DNA from: a virus | Virus record (IMG/VR): IMGVR_UViG_3300031962_000003 | Span: 4,223 to 68,222 of that record | Length of the DNA: 64,000 nucleotides | Reading direction: 5' to 3' (one strand) | Part shown: positions 52,178 to 61,013 of the stretch, piece after piece | Layout of the letters: each line of letters begins with the position of its first letter | Numbering within the stretch: the stretch's first letter is position 1 | Made by a program: the position numbers and the translations under genes | The notes under the pieces: generated by a model | Database searches by the model: none | What the model saw: the letters and a program-made list of their open reading frames with translations, nothing else | Told to the model about the DNA's origin: nothing

Positions 52178-53812
52178 GTGGCAGAAACGACGACGGTCGA
52201 GCCGCTCTCCCGCGGAGTCGACGGCACCGCGAGCACCATCGCCCACATGCACAAGCTTGTCGCGCTCGGCAAGCTCGACCCGACGATCCAGAAGATGGCG
52301 ACCTGGATCCGCCTCTCGGTTCCTCAGGACTACCGGGGCTCGACGAAGCAGACGCTCGCCGCCGTCTTCGACTTCGTCCGGAAGCACGGGATCTTCCAGC
52401 GCGACCCATTTCAGATCGAGAAGATCGAGCACCCGATCGAGGCAATGCGGCCGGTCATACAGGCCCGCCTGGCCGGAAAATACAAGGGCCCCGGCCTCTT
52501 CATCGGCGACTGCGACACGCTGGCCGGCGTCTTCCTCGCTTCGCTCGCCGGCGTGCTCGGATTTCACTACGCTTTCGAGACCGCGAAGACCGACGCCCAG
52601 CGGCCCGACGAGTTCTCGCACGTCTGGGACGCCTTCTGGGTCGACGGCGAGTGGTGGCCGCTCGACCCGTCGACGCCGGGGACCGTCCCGGGCTGGCGGC
52701 CGCCGGTCGCGCCGGAGAACTTCCGCCGCTGGCAGGAGGAGCCGATCGAGTCGACGCTCAAGGGGATCGTCCCCGGCCTCGGAGACGGCCACGAGAATCC
52801 TCCGGTCCACGGCGCGTACCAGCGCCCGGACGACCGCGACTACGTTCCGTACGAGTACTACGGCTACGGGATCACGAAGGGCTGGGAGGGCGACCAGGTC
52901 ATTCCGCCGATCGACGGCGGGAGCTACGAGAACCTGGTCCCGAACGGCCCGCAGGAGAACGCCCCGGACGTCGAGGCGAACTCGAAGCTCCTGAACAAGG
53001 CGCTCCCGGAGAGCCCGACCCGTCGTTTCGGCGACTACGCGGACATCGTCTACCCGAGGCCGAACTACCAGGACAAGAAGCCGTACATCTACACGAAGGA
53101 ACTCCACTATCCGCCCGGTTCCATGTGGAACCAGGACCGGACCCAGATCCTGTACTCGCCGCTCCGGGACTACTACAGCATCAAGTACCCGACGGAGCCG
53201 GCACCTCGAGAGGAGCATGTCGCCATGGCACAGCCGCTGACGATCCTGCGTGGCAACGCGATCATGATGGAGCCGACGCCGGTCGCGGCCGGGGCCGGAG
53301 ACGACACCGCCGACCTGTCGACGGCGGTCTTCAACCTCGACACGACCCCGAGCTCGCAGCCGGCGGTCTCCGACGAGGAGGCCGTCACCAACGCGCAGAT
53401 CGCCGCGAGCGCGAAGCCCGGCGCGCCGCCGGCCTCGCCGCTCGTGGTCGCGGCGGCGGCCCAACAGAAGCCGGCCGCAGCAAGCACGGCGGGCGCGAAC
53501 GTCTGGGACGCGATCACGAGCGTCGTGAAGGGTGTCGCCCCGGCGTTCGCAGCCGGTGGGATTCTCTCGAAGTTCGGGGGCGCGTACAACTCCGCGCTCG
53601 GGAAGCTCGGGATCAAGCCGCCGTCCGCACCCACCCCCTGGTACCTCTCTCCCGGGATGCTGCTCGGCGCTGCGATCGTCGTCAGCGGCGGAATCTACAT
53701 GATGACTCGGAAAGGCACCTCCGGTGCTCGGCGTGGGACGACCCGCCGGTACCGCCGGAACGTCGGCGGTCGGATACAGGTCCGCCGGAGGAACGTCGCC
53801 TACGCGGCCTAG
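52178..53812 (+). CDS. transglutaminase-like cysteine protease domain + long linker + C-terminal TM
   Basis: Triad motifs GDCD (Cys), FSHVW (His), WPLDP (Asp); PWYLSPGMLLGAAIVVSGGIYMM then Arg-rich tail. Confidence 0.8.
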   Translation: MAETTTVEPLSRGVDGTASTIAHMHKLVALGKLDPTIQKMATWIRLSVPQDYRGSTKQTLAAVFDFVRKHGIFQRDPFQIEKIEHPIEAMRPVIQARLAGKYKGPGLFIGDCDTLAGVFLASLAGVLGFHYAFETAKTDAQRPDEFSHVWDAFWVDGEWWPLDPSTPGTVPGWRPPVAPENFRRWQEEPIESTLKGIVPGLGDGHENPPVHGAYQRPDDRDYVPYEYYGYGITKGWEGDQVIPPIDGGSYENLVPNGPQENAPDVEANSKLLNKALPESPTRRFGDYADIVYPRPNYQDKKPYIYTKELHYPPGSMWNQDRTQILYSPLRDYYSIKYPTEPAPREEHVAMAQPLTILRGNAIMMEPTPVAAGAGDDTADLSTAVFNLDTTPSSQPAVSDEEAVTNAQIAASAKPGAPPASPLVVAAAAQQKPAAASTAGANVWDAITSVVKGVAPAFAAGGILSKFGGAYNSALGKLGIKPPSAPTPWYLSPGMLLGAAIVVSGGIYMMTRKGTSGARRGTTRRYRRNVGGRIQVRRRNVAYAA

Positions 53813-53818
53813 AGGAAA

Positions 53819-54160
53819 ATGATCATCAGGCGAAGAGGTCTCGGCGACGACACGACGGGCTCGAACCCGATCGGGGATGTCTTCTCGTCCCTAATCTCGC
53901 CGGTCTCGAGCTCCGTGGCGACGGCGATGACCCCGCAGCTGAAGTCCATGGTCACGGCGGCGACGCCGGCCCTCAAGGACATGTTCATCACGGACGTCCT
54001 CCCGAAGTTCTCGGTCGCCTTTGTGCTCGCGATGGTCGCAGGCGCGGTCTCCGCCGCGGCAGTCGGTTCGTGGTTCGCGACGCGCGGTGAAGGTCGCCGG
54101 CGCGTCTACGCGAACCAGCCGTTCGTCGGAGTCCGCCGTCGTTCCCGGAGGGCCGCATGA
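53819..54160 (+). CDS. small virion membrane protein (RRRGLG motif)
   Basis: MIIRRRGLGDD; TM FSVAFVLAMVAGAVSAAAVGSWF; Arg tail. Confidence 0.65.
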   Translation: MIIRRRGLGDDTTGSNPIGDVFSSLISPVSSSVATAMTPQLKSMVTAATPALKDMFITDVLPKFSVAFVLAMVAGAVSAAAVGSWFATRGEGRRRVYANQPFVGVRRRSRRAA

Positions 54161-55983
54161 GGCTACGTAAGGGATCCCCCGAGGCGCGGGCCCACATGGC
54201 CAGGCTTCGCTCGATGGTCGGTCAGAAGGCCGGCTCGTCGAGGACGTCGACGAATCCGCCCCGGACGCGTGCCGGCGCGGAGCGAGCTCTCGACAAGCAG
54301 ATCGAGGCGTCCTACTACCGGCACGCGCAGGGCGTCCAGGTCTCCGTCATGGACATCCCGAAGATCTTTCGGGACATCAAGCTCGAACTCGCCGGCGGCG
54401 TCGACATCGACACCGCCACGCGGACCGTGGTCAGCCACTACCGGAAGGGCGGCGAGCCGGTCCAGAGTCCGCCGTCCTTCATCGTCATCGAGTCCAACAC
54501 CGGCTCCGTCGTCTACACGAAGAAGGCGACGGGCATGGGGAACGAGGCGATCGCCGCCTGCGTCGCGAAGGCGCGGCAGCTCGCCGCGCGGACCGGGAAT
54601 TCGTACATCGTCTTCCTCGACATCCGCGGGTACAAGGTCGGTCATCAGCTGCACGTCGGGATGATCCGCACGCTTGGGATCACCGAGGAGATTCACCCGA
54701 CACGCTGCAACCCAGGCGTCTGCAGCAACCCGCGTCACCGGCACGGCCGCCGGAACCCGCTGACCGTCGCCGAGAGTCGCGAGATCGCAGAACAGGCCAC
54801 CCGTGACGCGAAGATGGGTGTGCTGGCTAAGAAGCCGGGCATCCGAGGCTTCCACCTCGGCCGGTCGGACGGCATGGTTGACGTCGTGAGGAAGTACGGC
54901 CCGGATTTCGTCCGGCCGAACCCGCTTCTCCAGACCGTCATGCTCGCGGCGAATCCCGGGACGAGTCGGGCCGCGCGTGTCTTCATGTCCACGAAGATCA
55001 AGAAGCTCGTCGGTGAGGGCTACCCGCAGAAACAGGCTGTCGCGATCGCGTACAGCATGGCCCGGAAGCGCGGCATGAAGGTGAACCCGCTCACGCGCGC
55101 CGAGGCCGCTGACACGCTGCGCTCAGCGCGTCGGGACCTCAAGGACATGAAGAGCGAGGCGACGCACCACGGCCGGAGTTTCCTGGCCGGCCGGGCAGTC
55201 GGCAAGGCCTGGGCCGCGAAGATCCACGGACCGGACCGCGAGGAGCACCCGGGCGCAGAGACCGTCTTCCGGAGAGGTTACCGGGCCGGTCTCTCGCTCA
55301 AGAACCCGCCGCTCGCGTCGGTCTGGGACCGGCTCACGCACGGCCAGCGCCAGGAGCTCCTCGAGATCGCCGGCGTCGTCCGGGACTCCGCCGAGACGCT
55401 CTGCTTCTACTCCTGGAACTCGCTCCGGCCGAACGTGAAGGGGCTCCTCGAGCGCGGCTGGGAGGACTCGTCGCGCCGGCGGACCGGCGGGACGACCCGG
55501 ATCCGCCAGGTCCCGGTCGTTGTCAACGTCTCGTCGACCCGCGCCTCGCGCCGCGGGCTAGTCCTCGCGAACAACCCGCCGACCAGGATCCCCTGGCGGA
55601 AGGGCCAGAAGATTCCGGTCGAGCAGGCCCGCGCCTGGGTTCGGTCGACAAGGAACCGGGAGCTGATCCGGGAGTTCGAGGCTGGCCTGAAGCTCCAGAC
55701 CGAGGCGAACAAGCATCCGGAGTACGTCGAGTGGATGGTCCTGCCGATGGGCTCGAAGAACCGGATCGACTCCGTCACGTCGCTCGTCCAGTACGGGACG
55801 ACCGACGAGACGATCTACAAGCCGCCGCGCGGCTCGAAGAAGGGGGACGTCCTGTACCGGCACAAATGGGGAGAGGGTAGCGGCCGACGTCGCGCCGTCC
55901 CGCTCCTCGCGACCGCGACCGGACGCGCGCTGATCATGCCCCTCGGGACCGGGCAGAAGGCACGGGACTGGCTGAGAGGTTAG
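54157..55983 (+). CDS. basic multi-module protein punctuated by Asn-Pro motifs (putative core protein)
   Basis: Nine NP motifs separating modules; internal repeat NPLT.AE...RD.K...F..GR..G...GPD. Confidence 0.7.
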   Translation: MRLRKGSPEARAHMARLRSMVGQKAGSSRTSTNPPRTRAGAERALDKQIEASYYRHAQGVQVSVMDIPKIFRDIKLELAGGVDIDTATRTVVSHYRKGGEPVQSPPSFIVIESNTGSVVYTKKATGMGNEAIAACVAKARQLAARTGNSYIVFLDIRGYKVGHQLHVGMIRTLGITEEIHPTRCNPGVCSNPRHRHGRRNPLTVAESREIAEQATRDAKMGVLAKKPGIRGFHLGRSDGMVDVVRKYGPDFVRPNPLLQTVMLAANPGTSRAARVFMSTKIKKLVGEGYPQKQAVAIAYSMARKRGMKVNPLTRAEAADTLRSARRDLKDMKSEATHHGRSFLAGRAVGKAWAAKIHGPDREEHPGAETVFRRGYRAGLSLKNPPLASVWDRLTHGQRQELLEIAGVVRDSAETLCFYSWNSLRPNVKGLLERGWEDSSRRRTGGTTRIRQVPVVVNVSSTRASRRGLVLANNPPTRIPWRKGQKIPVEQARAWVRSTRNRELIREFEAGLKLQTEANKHPEYVEWMVLPMGSKNRIDSVTSLVQYGTTDETIYKPPRGSKKGDVLYRHKWGEGSGRRRAVPLLATATGRALIMPLGTGQKARDWLRG

Positions 55984-55990
55984 GTGACAC

Positions 55991-57148
55991 ATGATCGGAG
56001 CGCTCGTATTCGCAAACCCTGGGAATCCGCCGCGGCGTGTAACCGCGGCTCGGCATAGACCGCCCGCGAGGGCGAGGAGGACACACATGGCTCGCATGAA
56101 GGTGCGGCGGCGCAGACGGGCCGCCAACCCCCGCGGCTTCATCAAGTACCGCGGGCGGCTCATCGCGTCGGCTCCCTACTTCAGTTCGGGACGCGTCGTC
56201 CCGAAGCGCCGGAAGCGTTCCGGCTCGCGTCGTCGTCGTACCAGCTCCCGTCGCCGTCGGGTGATGGCGAATCCGCTGTTCCGCTCCCGTCGGAGCGGTC
56301 GGTACAAGAGCCGGGCTCCCGGCCGCCGGCTGCACCACTACCGGCGCGGCCAGGGCTGGCACCTGGCGAACAACCCGCCGCGCCGGCGTAGTCGCCGGTA
56401 CTCGGCGAATCCCCGTCACTACTCCCGCCGTCGGTACAGGTCGAATCCCGGCCGGCGTCGGGTCAGCCTTCTGTCGAACCCGATGGGGGCGATCGAATCG
56501 CTCGTCCGTGAGGCGTTCTCCGGCGACACGATCGAGACGGCTTTCCACACGGGCCTGGGCTTCGGTGGAGCTCTCGCCGGCATGAAGGCGCTCACCGCGT
56601 GCTTCCCCGCGCTGAACACCCAGTGGGCCAGGACCCCGGCGGTCCTCGGGGCCGGCCTGGCCGGCAGCCTGCTGCTCGGGATGCTCGGCGGAAAGTCCAT
56701 GGGCGTCCGGGCGGTCACCGGCACGGTCCTCGCCACGCTGTGGCAGGGCGTGTCCGAGGTCGTCAAGGGCACCGCGGCGGCTCAGTGGATCCCGACGCTC
56801 GGCGAGGGCCCGGAGGCCGAGGCCTTCCGGAAGGCGATCGAGCGCGAGGTCCTCAAGGAGCTCCAGGGCGGCGGCGGACCCCAGTCGACCGAGGAGGGGA
56901 TGTCCTACTACCTCCAGCCGGCCGGCGTGTCCGAGGCGTACCTGAAGCCCGCGGGCAGCGCGGCGTACCTGCAGCCCGCCGGTTCGTCGGCGTACCTGAC
57001 GATGAACGAGTCCGAGGCGGCTCAGCGTGGCATGGGCCACGGCGGGATGTCCGCCTACCTGACCTCGAGTGAGGCCACGGCCGCTCGCGCCGGCATGGGC
57101 GACGCGGATGCGGAGTTCGGAGGCCGGGACCTCCCGGAGCGCTTCTAA
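55991..57148 (+). CDS. Arg-rich NP-repeat protein with hydrophobic core and YLxPAG repeats (putative DNA-condensing/membrane protein)
   Basis: Protamine-like N-half with 8 NP; hydrophobic helices; YLQPAG/YLKPAG/YLQPAG; two GMG motifs. Confidence 0.7.
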   Translation: MIGALVFANPGNPPRRVTAARHRPPARARRTHMARMKVRRRRRAANPRGFIKYRGRLIASAPYFSSGRVVPKRRKRSGSRRRRTSSRRRRVMANPLFRSRRSGRYKSRAPGRRLHHYRRGQGWHLANNPPRRRSRRYSANPRHYSRRRYRSNPGRRRVSLLSNPMGAIESLVREAFSGDTIETAFHTGLGFGGALAGMKALTACFPALNTQWARTPAVLGAGLAGSLLLGMLGGKSMGVRAVTGTVLATLWQGVSEVVKGTAAAQWIPTLGEGPEAEAFRKAIEREVLKELQGGGGPQSTEEGMSYYLQPAGVSEAYLKPAGSAAYLQPAGSSAYLTMNESEAAQRGMGHGGMSAYLTSSEATAARAGMGDADAEFGGRDLPERF

Positions 57149-57348
57149 ACGAAGGCTATCGACTCCTTCTGGTCGGAGGTCTGGGTCTTCCAGGGCCCAG
57201 ACCTCCCTGACCGGGGTTCCCGAGTGGAGCGCCGATCAGGGAACAGGGTCTTGTGGTTGCCGTCCCTGTCCCGCGGACGTATGGCGAGAGCCTCGCGGTA
57301 TGTCACCGCCGTCCGGAAAACGGCACGAGTTCTCGAAAGGAACTGACC

Positions 57349-58651
57349 ATGGCGAACGGAAACGGGGCCCCCGCCGGGGGCATCCAGGTCGTTCATCCCT
57401 AGACGTTTTGTATTGGGGATGTAAAATCCTCTCTGATGGACTTGGAAGCTGAGAGGCCGACAAGGGCGAATCCTGTGATGAAGGAAACCGAGAAGGCGTA
57501 CCTGGCAGGGATAATCGACGGTGAGGGCACCGTGTCGATCGTCCGACTCTTCAACCACGGAGACAAGGTGTACTACGTTGCCTCCGTGGAAGTGTCCAAC
57601 ACGAACCTGAAGCTGCTCAACTGGATCAGCGAGCGTGTTGGGGGGTCGAAAGTGCCGGACCGCCGGAAGCTGGTGAACGGCCAGAAGATCGTCTACCGCC
57701 TCGGCCTTCGTGATCGCCTCGCTGAGAATGTCCTCCGCGAAGTCTCTTCGTACCTCGTTCTGAAGGACCGCCAGGCGGAGCTCGTCATGGAGCTCCGTTC
57801 GAGGATCCGGAAGAATGGAGACAGAAGTCGACTCACGGACAGCGAGCGAGCGTACCGCGCGCACCTGTACGAAGAGTGCGCGAAGCTGAATGTGCGCGGT
57901 ACCGGGAACGCTGAACGACTGAGCGAGAGGAGCCCGGAAACGGGCGTGCGACAGTCTGAACTCACGGGAACGAGAACCGTGAGAGAGGGATCCGAAGCGG
58001 TCCCTCCGCCTATCGAGAGATAGGTCCGTAAAGTAACAGCCTGACTACAAGATCACGAAGGGCTTGCCGGCGGCCGTCGTGAGGTCGTACAAGGAGCCGA
58101 GGTATGACTCCGAAGTCATCCTCGCTTCGGGTCCGGGCACGGAGTTCGTGCTCTTCGCGAAGCCCGTCGGCCAGACGCTGAACGACGGAAACCGGAAGAC
58201 CCTGCTGCACACGAATATGACGCAGGCGTCCCAGCTGGGCACGCCCCAGTCGTTCGACGTGTACGCGCACAACGCGCGCCTGCTGACGCAGAACGCCGGG
58301 ACGATCGTGACGCCGCCGACCAAGCAGGTCTCGGTCGGCAACTTCAACCTGGTGTATGCCGCCGGCATCTCCCAGGTGATCTTCGGCCAGGATTCGTTCT
58401 TCCTGACCGTCCCGATCGAGGACATCCCCTCCGGCATCGACACGGAAGGCGTGTCGGTCACGGACTTCCCGCACATCGGCCTGGGACAGTCGGAGAACAT
58501 GTACCGCTTCGACATCGGCGGTCGTGCGCTCCACATCAACTCGACGGAAACCTTCAACGTGAAGATTTCCTTCCCGGCCGGCCTGGCGGGGATCACCGGG
58601 AACCTGCTGTTCAAGTGGTACATCCGGGGAATTCTTTATAAAGGAGTTTAA
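57349..58651 (+). CDS. putative major capsid protein (jelly-roll type), join(57349..57400,58044..58651), 219 aa
   Basis: SD GAAAGGA + ATG 57349; removing the intron gives in-frame MANGNGAPAGGIQVVHPYYKITKGLPAAVVRSYKEPRYD...; beta-rich; first gene of the beta-rich block; capsid role is inferred. Confidence 0.65.
57401..58043 (+). mobile_element. group I intron
   Basis: P1 CATCCCT/GGGGATG with U-G at the 5' splice site; P10 TTGTATT vs exon ACTACAA; P3 TCCTCTC/GAGAGGA; P7 GACTG/CAGTC; terminal G 58043; splicing restores the frame. Confidence 0.9.
57436..58023 (+). CDS. intron-encoded LAGLIDADG homing endonuclease (single motif)
   Basis: AYLAGIIDGEGTV...VSNTN...GG...YLVLKDRQA. Confidence 0.9.
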   Translation: MDLEAERPTRANPVMKETEKAYLAGIIDGEGTVSIVRLFNHGDKVYYVASVEVSNTNLKLLNWISERVGGSKVPDRRKLVNGQKIVYRLGLRDRLAENVLREVSSYLVLKDRQAELVMELRSRIRKNGDRSRLTDSERAYRAHLYEECAKLNVRGTGNAERLSERSPETGVRQSELTGTRTVREGSEAVPPPIER

Positions 58652-58658
58652 GGTACTG

Positions 58659-58686
58659 GAAATCAAGTACTTACGTATTTGATTTC
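58659..58686 (+). terminator. stem-loop after the capsid gene (terminator or stabiliser)
   Basis: GAAATCAAGTAC-ttac-GTATTTGATTTC, 12-bp stem; no clear U tract. Confidence 0.45.
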
Positions 58687-58825
58687 AGTGCGGTAGAACG
58701 GAACTCCGGACGCTCCCGTACGGGGAGCGTCCCCTGATGCGTTCGACCGACGACAGCGCGACCGGCTCGCCGTAATTTCGCGGCGCGCCTTTCCCTGCTG
58801 GAGTAGCTCGGAAAGGAGACCTGAG

Positions 58826-59779
58826 ATGTCCTGGGCACAGATCGAGACCTTCAAGCGCGACCCGAAGACCGGCTCCGTCTACATCAACCCGGCGAAGGAC
58901 TACATCCAGCCCTTCGAGCTGACGATCGACAAGTCGAGCTCGGTGCCGGCGAACCTCGTCTCGCTCCCGGCCGGCGCGAACGTCGGGCCCTTCCCGATGT
59001 CGGCCCGGTACGACGGCCCGATCGAGATCTTCTACGTGAAGGTCCGGGTGACCGACGCCAACGGCGCCGACGTCCAGGACTACGACATCGACTGGCTCCT
59101 CGAGCACCCCGGGAAGCGGAAGATCTTCATGCCGCAGGGGAAGCTGGTGCCGCTCATCGCCTGCGCCGGCGACGGAGGCCGCCCGTACATCCTGGCGGAG
59201 ACGATTTTCCTGCCGGCGGTCCAGTCGCTGAACGTCACCTTCATCAACAACGACCTCGCTAATACCCGGATCGTCGAGCTCGTGCTCGGCGGCATGAAGA
59301 TGTACCCGAATGCTGCCCCGAAGCCGGTCCGGAACGAGATCCAGGACTACATCGACCGCCGCGAGCGGACCTACACGTACTTCATGACGACCGACGCGGT
59401 CCCGATCCTCGCGGCCGCCGGCGGCGCCGGCTCGACCGACGTCGACGCCTTCGCGACGGTCCCGGACGACACGGACCTCGAGATCATCAAGCTGACCGCG
59501 AGGTCGACCGGCCCGTTCCGGACGATCGTCAAGGATGGCACGAACGACCGCGGCCTGACCGGGAACAAGATCCACTCGTCGCTCATGTTCGGCGGGCACG
59601 ACCCGACCGCCATGGGCGGCGGCCTCGGCGGCTCCGGCGGGATTTTCCCGTACCGCTGGCCGACCTCCTGGCTCGTCCGGCGCTCGACGCAGGTCCAGTT
59701 CAAGCTGGACAACCTGACGGCCGCGCCCAACACGGTGAAGATGGTGCTCGGAGGGAGAAAGGTCTCCTATGCCTCCTAA
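58826..59779 (+). CDS. beta-rich capsid-like protein with tandem duplicated domain (double jelly-roll candidate)
   Basis: PYILAETIFLP...VTFIN...VELVLGGMKMY repeated as PYRWPTSWLVR...FKLDN...VKMVLGGRKVSY; SD AAAGGAG. Confidence 0.6.
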   Translation: MSWAQIETFKRDPKTGSVYINPAKDYIQPFELTIDKSSSVPANLVSLPAGANVGPFPMSARYDGPIEIFYVKVRVTDANGADVQDYDIDWLLEHPGKRKIFMPQGKLVPLIACAGDGGRPYILAETIFLPAVQSLNVTFINNDLANTRIVELVLGGMKMYPNAAPKPVRNEIQDYIDRRERTYTYFMTTDAVPILAAAGGAGSTDVDAFATVPDDTDLEIIKLTARSTGPFRTIVKDGTNDRGLTGNKIHSSLMFGGHDPTAMGGGLGGSGGIFPYRWPTSWLVRRSTQVQFKLDNLTAAPNTVKMVLGGRKVSYAS

Positions 59780-60527
59780 CGATCCCCGTCGGCGGCCGCC
59801 TCCGGGCGGTCCGCCGCGACGTCCGCCCCCGCCGACGACCGGCGACGGCGTGCTCGGGAGCCCCTTCGACGACCCGGGGCATGGGCACGGCTACCGCGAC
59901 TACGGCCAGGGGGATCCCCGGCCGGCCCCGCCGGTCATCGAGCCGTCGCTCGTCCCGACGCCGTCGGAGTCCCGCCAGCAGGAGCTCGGGCTCCAGACGC
60001 TGAAGAAGTTCTTCCAGCGCTCCGTCGTCTTCTCGAAGCGGCCGGCGAACGTCGAGCCGCCCTGGTTCGCGAAGACCTTGATCAAGGCGAAGTGCGGCCT
60101 GGTCGTCCCGGCCGGCAGCACCGCGAAGATCTTCGACAAGCGGCTCGAGGACCGGCAGCGGCAGATCGTCACCATGATAGCGATCGAGCTGGCCCCGATC
60201 GCGCCTCTGCTCAACTGCCAGCTCGAGTTCTGGTTCGAGAACTCCGGGACGATCATCCCGATCTTCGACGACCAGACGCCGCTCGCGTACGGCGGCTCGA
60301 CGCCGATCATCAACGGCCGGACGACGGTGCTCCCGGGCTCGACGGAGGCCCCCTTCTGCCTCTTTTCGAATGGCTTGGCCTTCCGGGTGAAGGGCCCGAC
60401 CGACCTGACCTTCAACGTCCAGAACAAGTCCGGCGTGCCGGTCACGATCCGGGGTCTGCTCGGCTGGTACTACTACTGGACCTCGTACGGCGCGACCGAG
60501 TTCGAAGCCGCCGACGTCCAGCTCTAG
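59769..60527 (+). CDS. beta-rich minor capsid/penton-like protein with Pro-rich N-terminus
   Basis: C-terminal LTFNVQN...VTIRGLLGWYY resembles the C-termini of its neighbours. Confidence 0.5.
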   Translation: MPPNDPRRRPPPGGPPRRPPPPTTGDGVLGSPFDDPGHGHGYRDYGQGDPRPAPPVIEPSLVPTPSESRQQELGLQTLKKFFQRSVVFSKRPANVEPPWFAKTLIKAKCGLVVPAGSTAKIFDKRLEDRQRQIVTMIAIELAPIAPLLNCQLEFWFENSGTIIPIFDDQTPLAYGGSTPIINGRTTVLPGSTEAPFCLFSNGLAFRVKGPTDLTFNVQNKSGVPVTIRGLLGWYYYWTSYGATEFEAADVQL

Positions 60528-60536
60528 GAGACGACG

Positions 60537-61010
60537 ATGCCCGTACCGCTGGTGACCTGCATCCACCCCGTGATCCTGCACGACGTGGACGGGAACCCGA
60601 TCACGGCGCTGAACCCCCTGCCGGTCACTGGGACGATCACCGTCGTGGTCGGCCCGCCGATACCGACCACCGACAGCGGCCAGCAGACGCTCGGCGCGGG
60701 TCCCCTGAACCTGAGTTCCGCGCAGCCGGGCCCCTGGTCGCCCCGGTTCGTGACCCTCTCGTTCGACATGCCGCTGGTCGCGCCGGAGACGCTCTCGATC
60801 ACGCTGCTCAACGCGCTCGGCGCGCCGTACAACGTCCTGGTGGAAAAAGTGACCCTCGCGCCGGCGGCGTCCGCCGCCGCCCAGGCGTACGTGTTCGCGT
60901 TCCCGCCGGACTTCCCGCTCGCCGCGGGCGACCAGATCAACGTGGCCCTCACGAACACGGGCGGCGTCGAGACCGCCACGGTCAGCGCGGTGATCCGGGG
61001 GGAGAAGTAG
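60537..61010 (+). CDS. beta-rich virion protein
   Basis: GNPITALNPLPV; GDQINVALTN...VSAVIRG. Confidence 0.5.
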   Translation: MPVPLVTCIHPVILHDVDGNPITALNPLPVTGTITVVVGPPIPTTDSGQQTLGAGPLNLSSAQPGPWSPRFVTLSFDMPLVAPETLSITLLNALGAPYNVLVEKVTLAPAASAAAQAYVFAFPPDFPLAAGDQINVALTNTGGVETATVSAVIRGEK

Positions 61011-61013
61011 ACC

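Noticed and set aside
58064-58651. 195-aa ORF starting at TTG 58064 as a complete gene
   Set aside because: No convincing SD; better explained as exon 2 of the spliced gene starting at 57349
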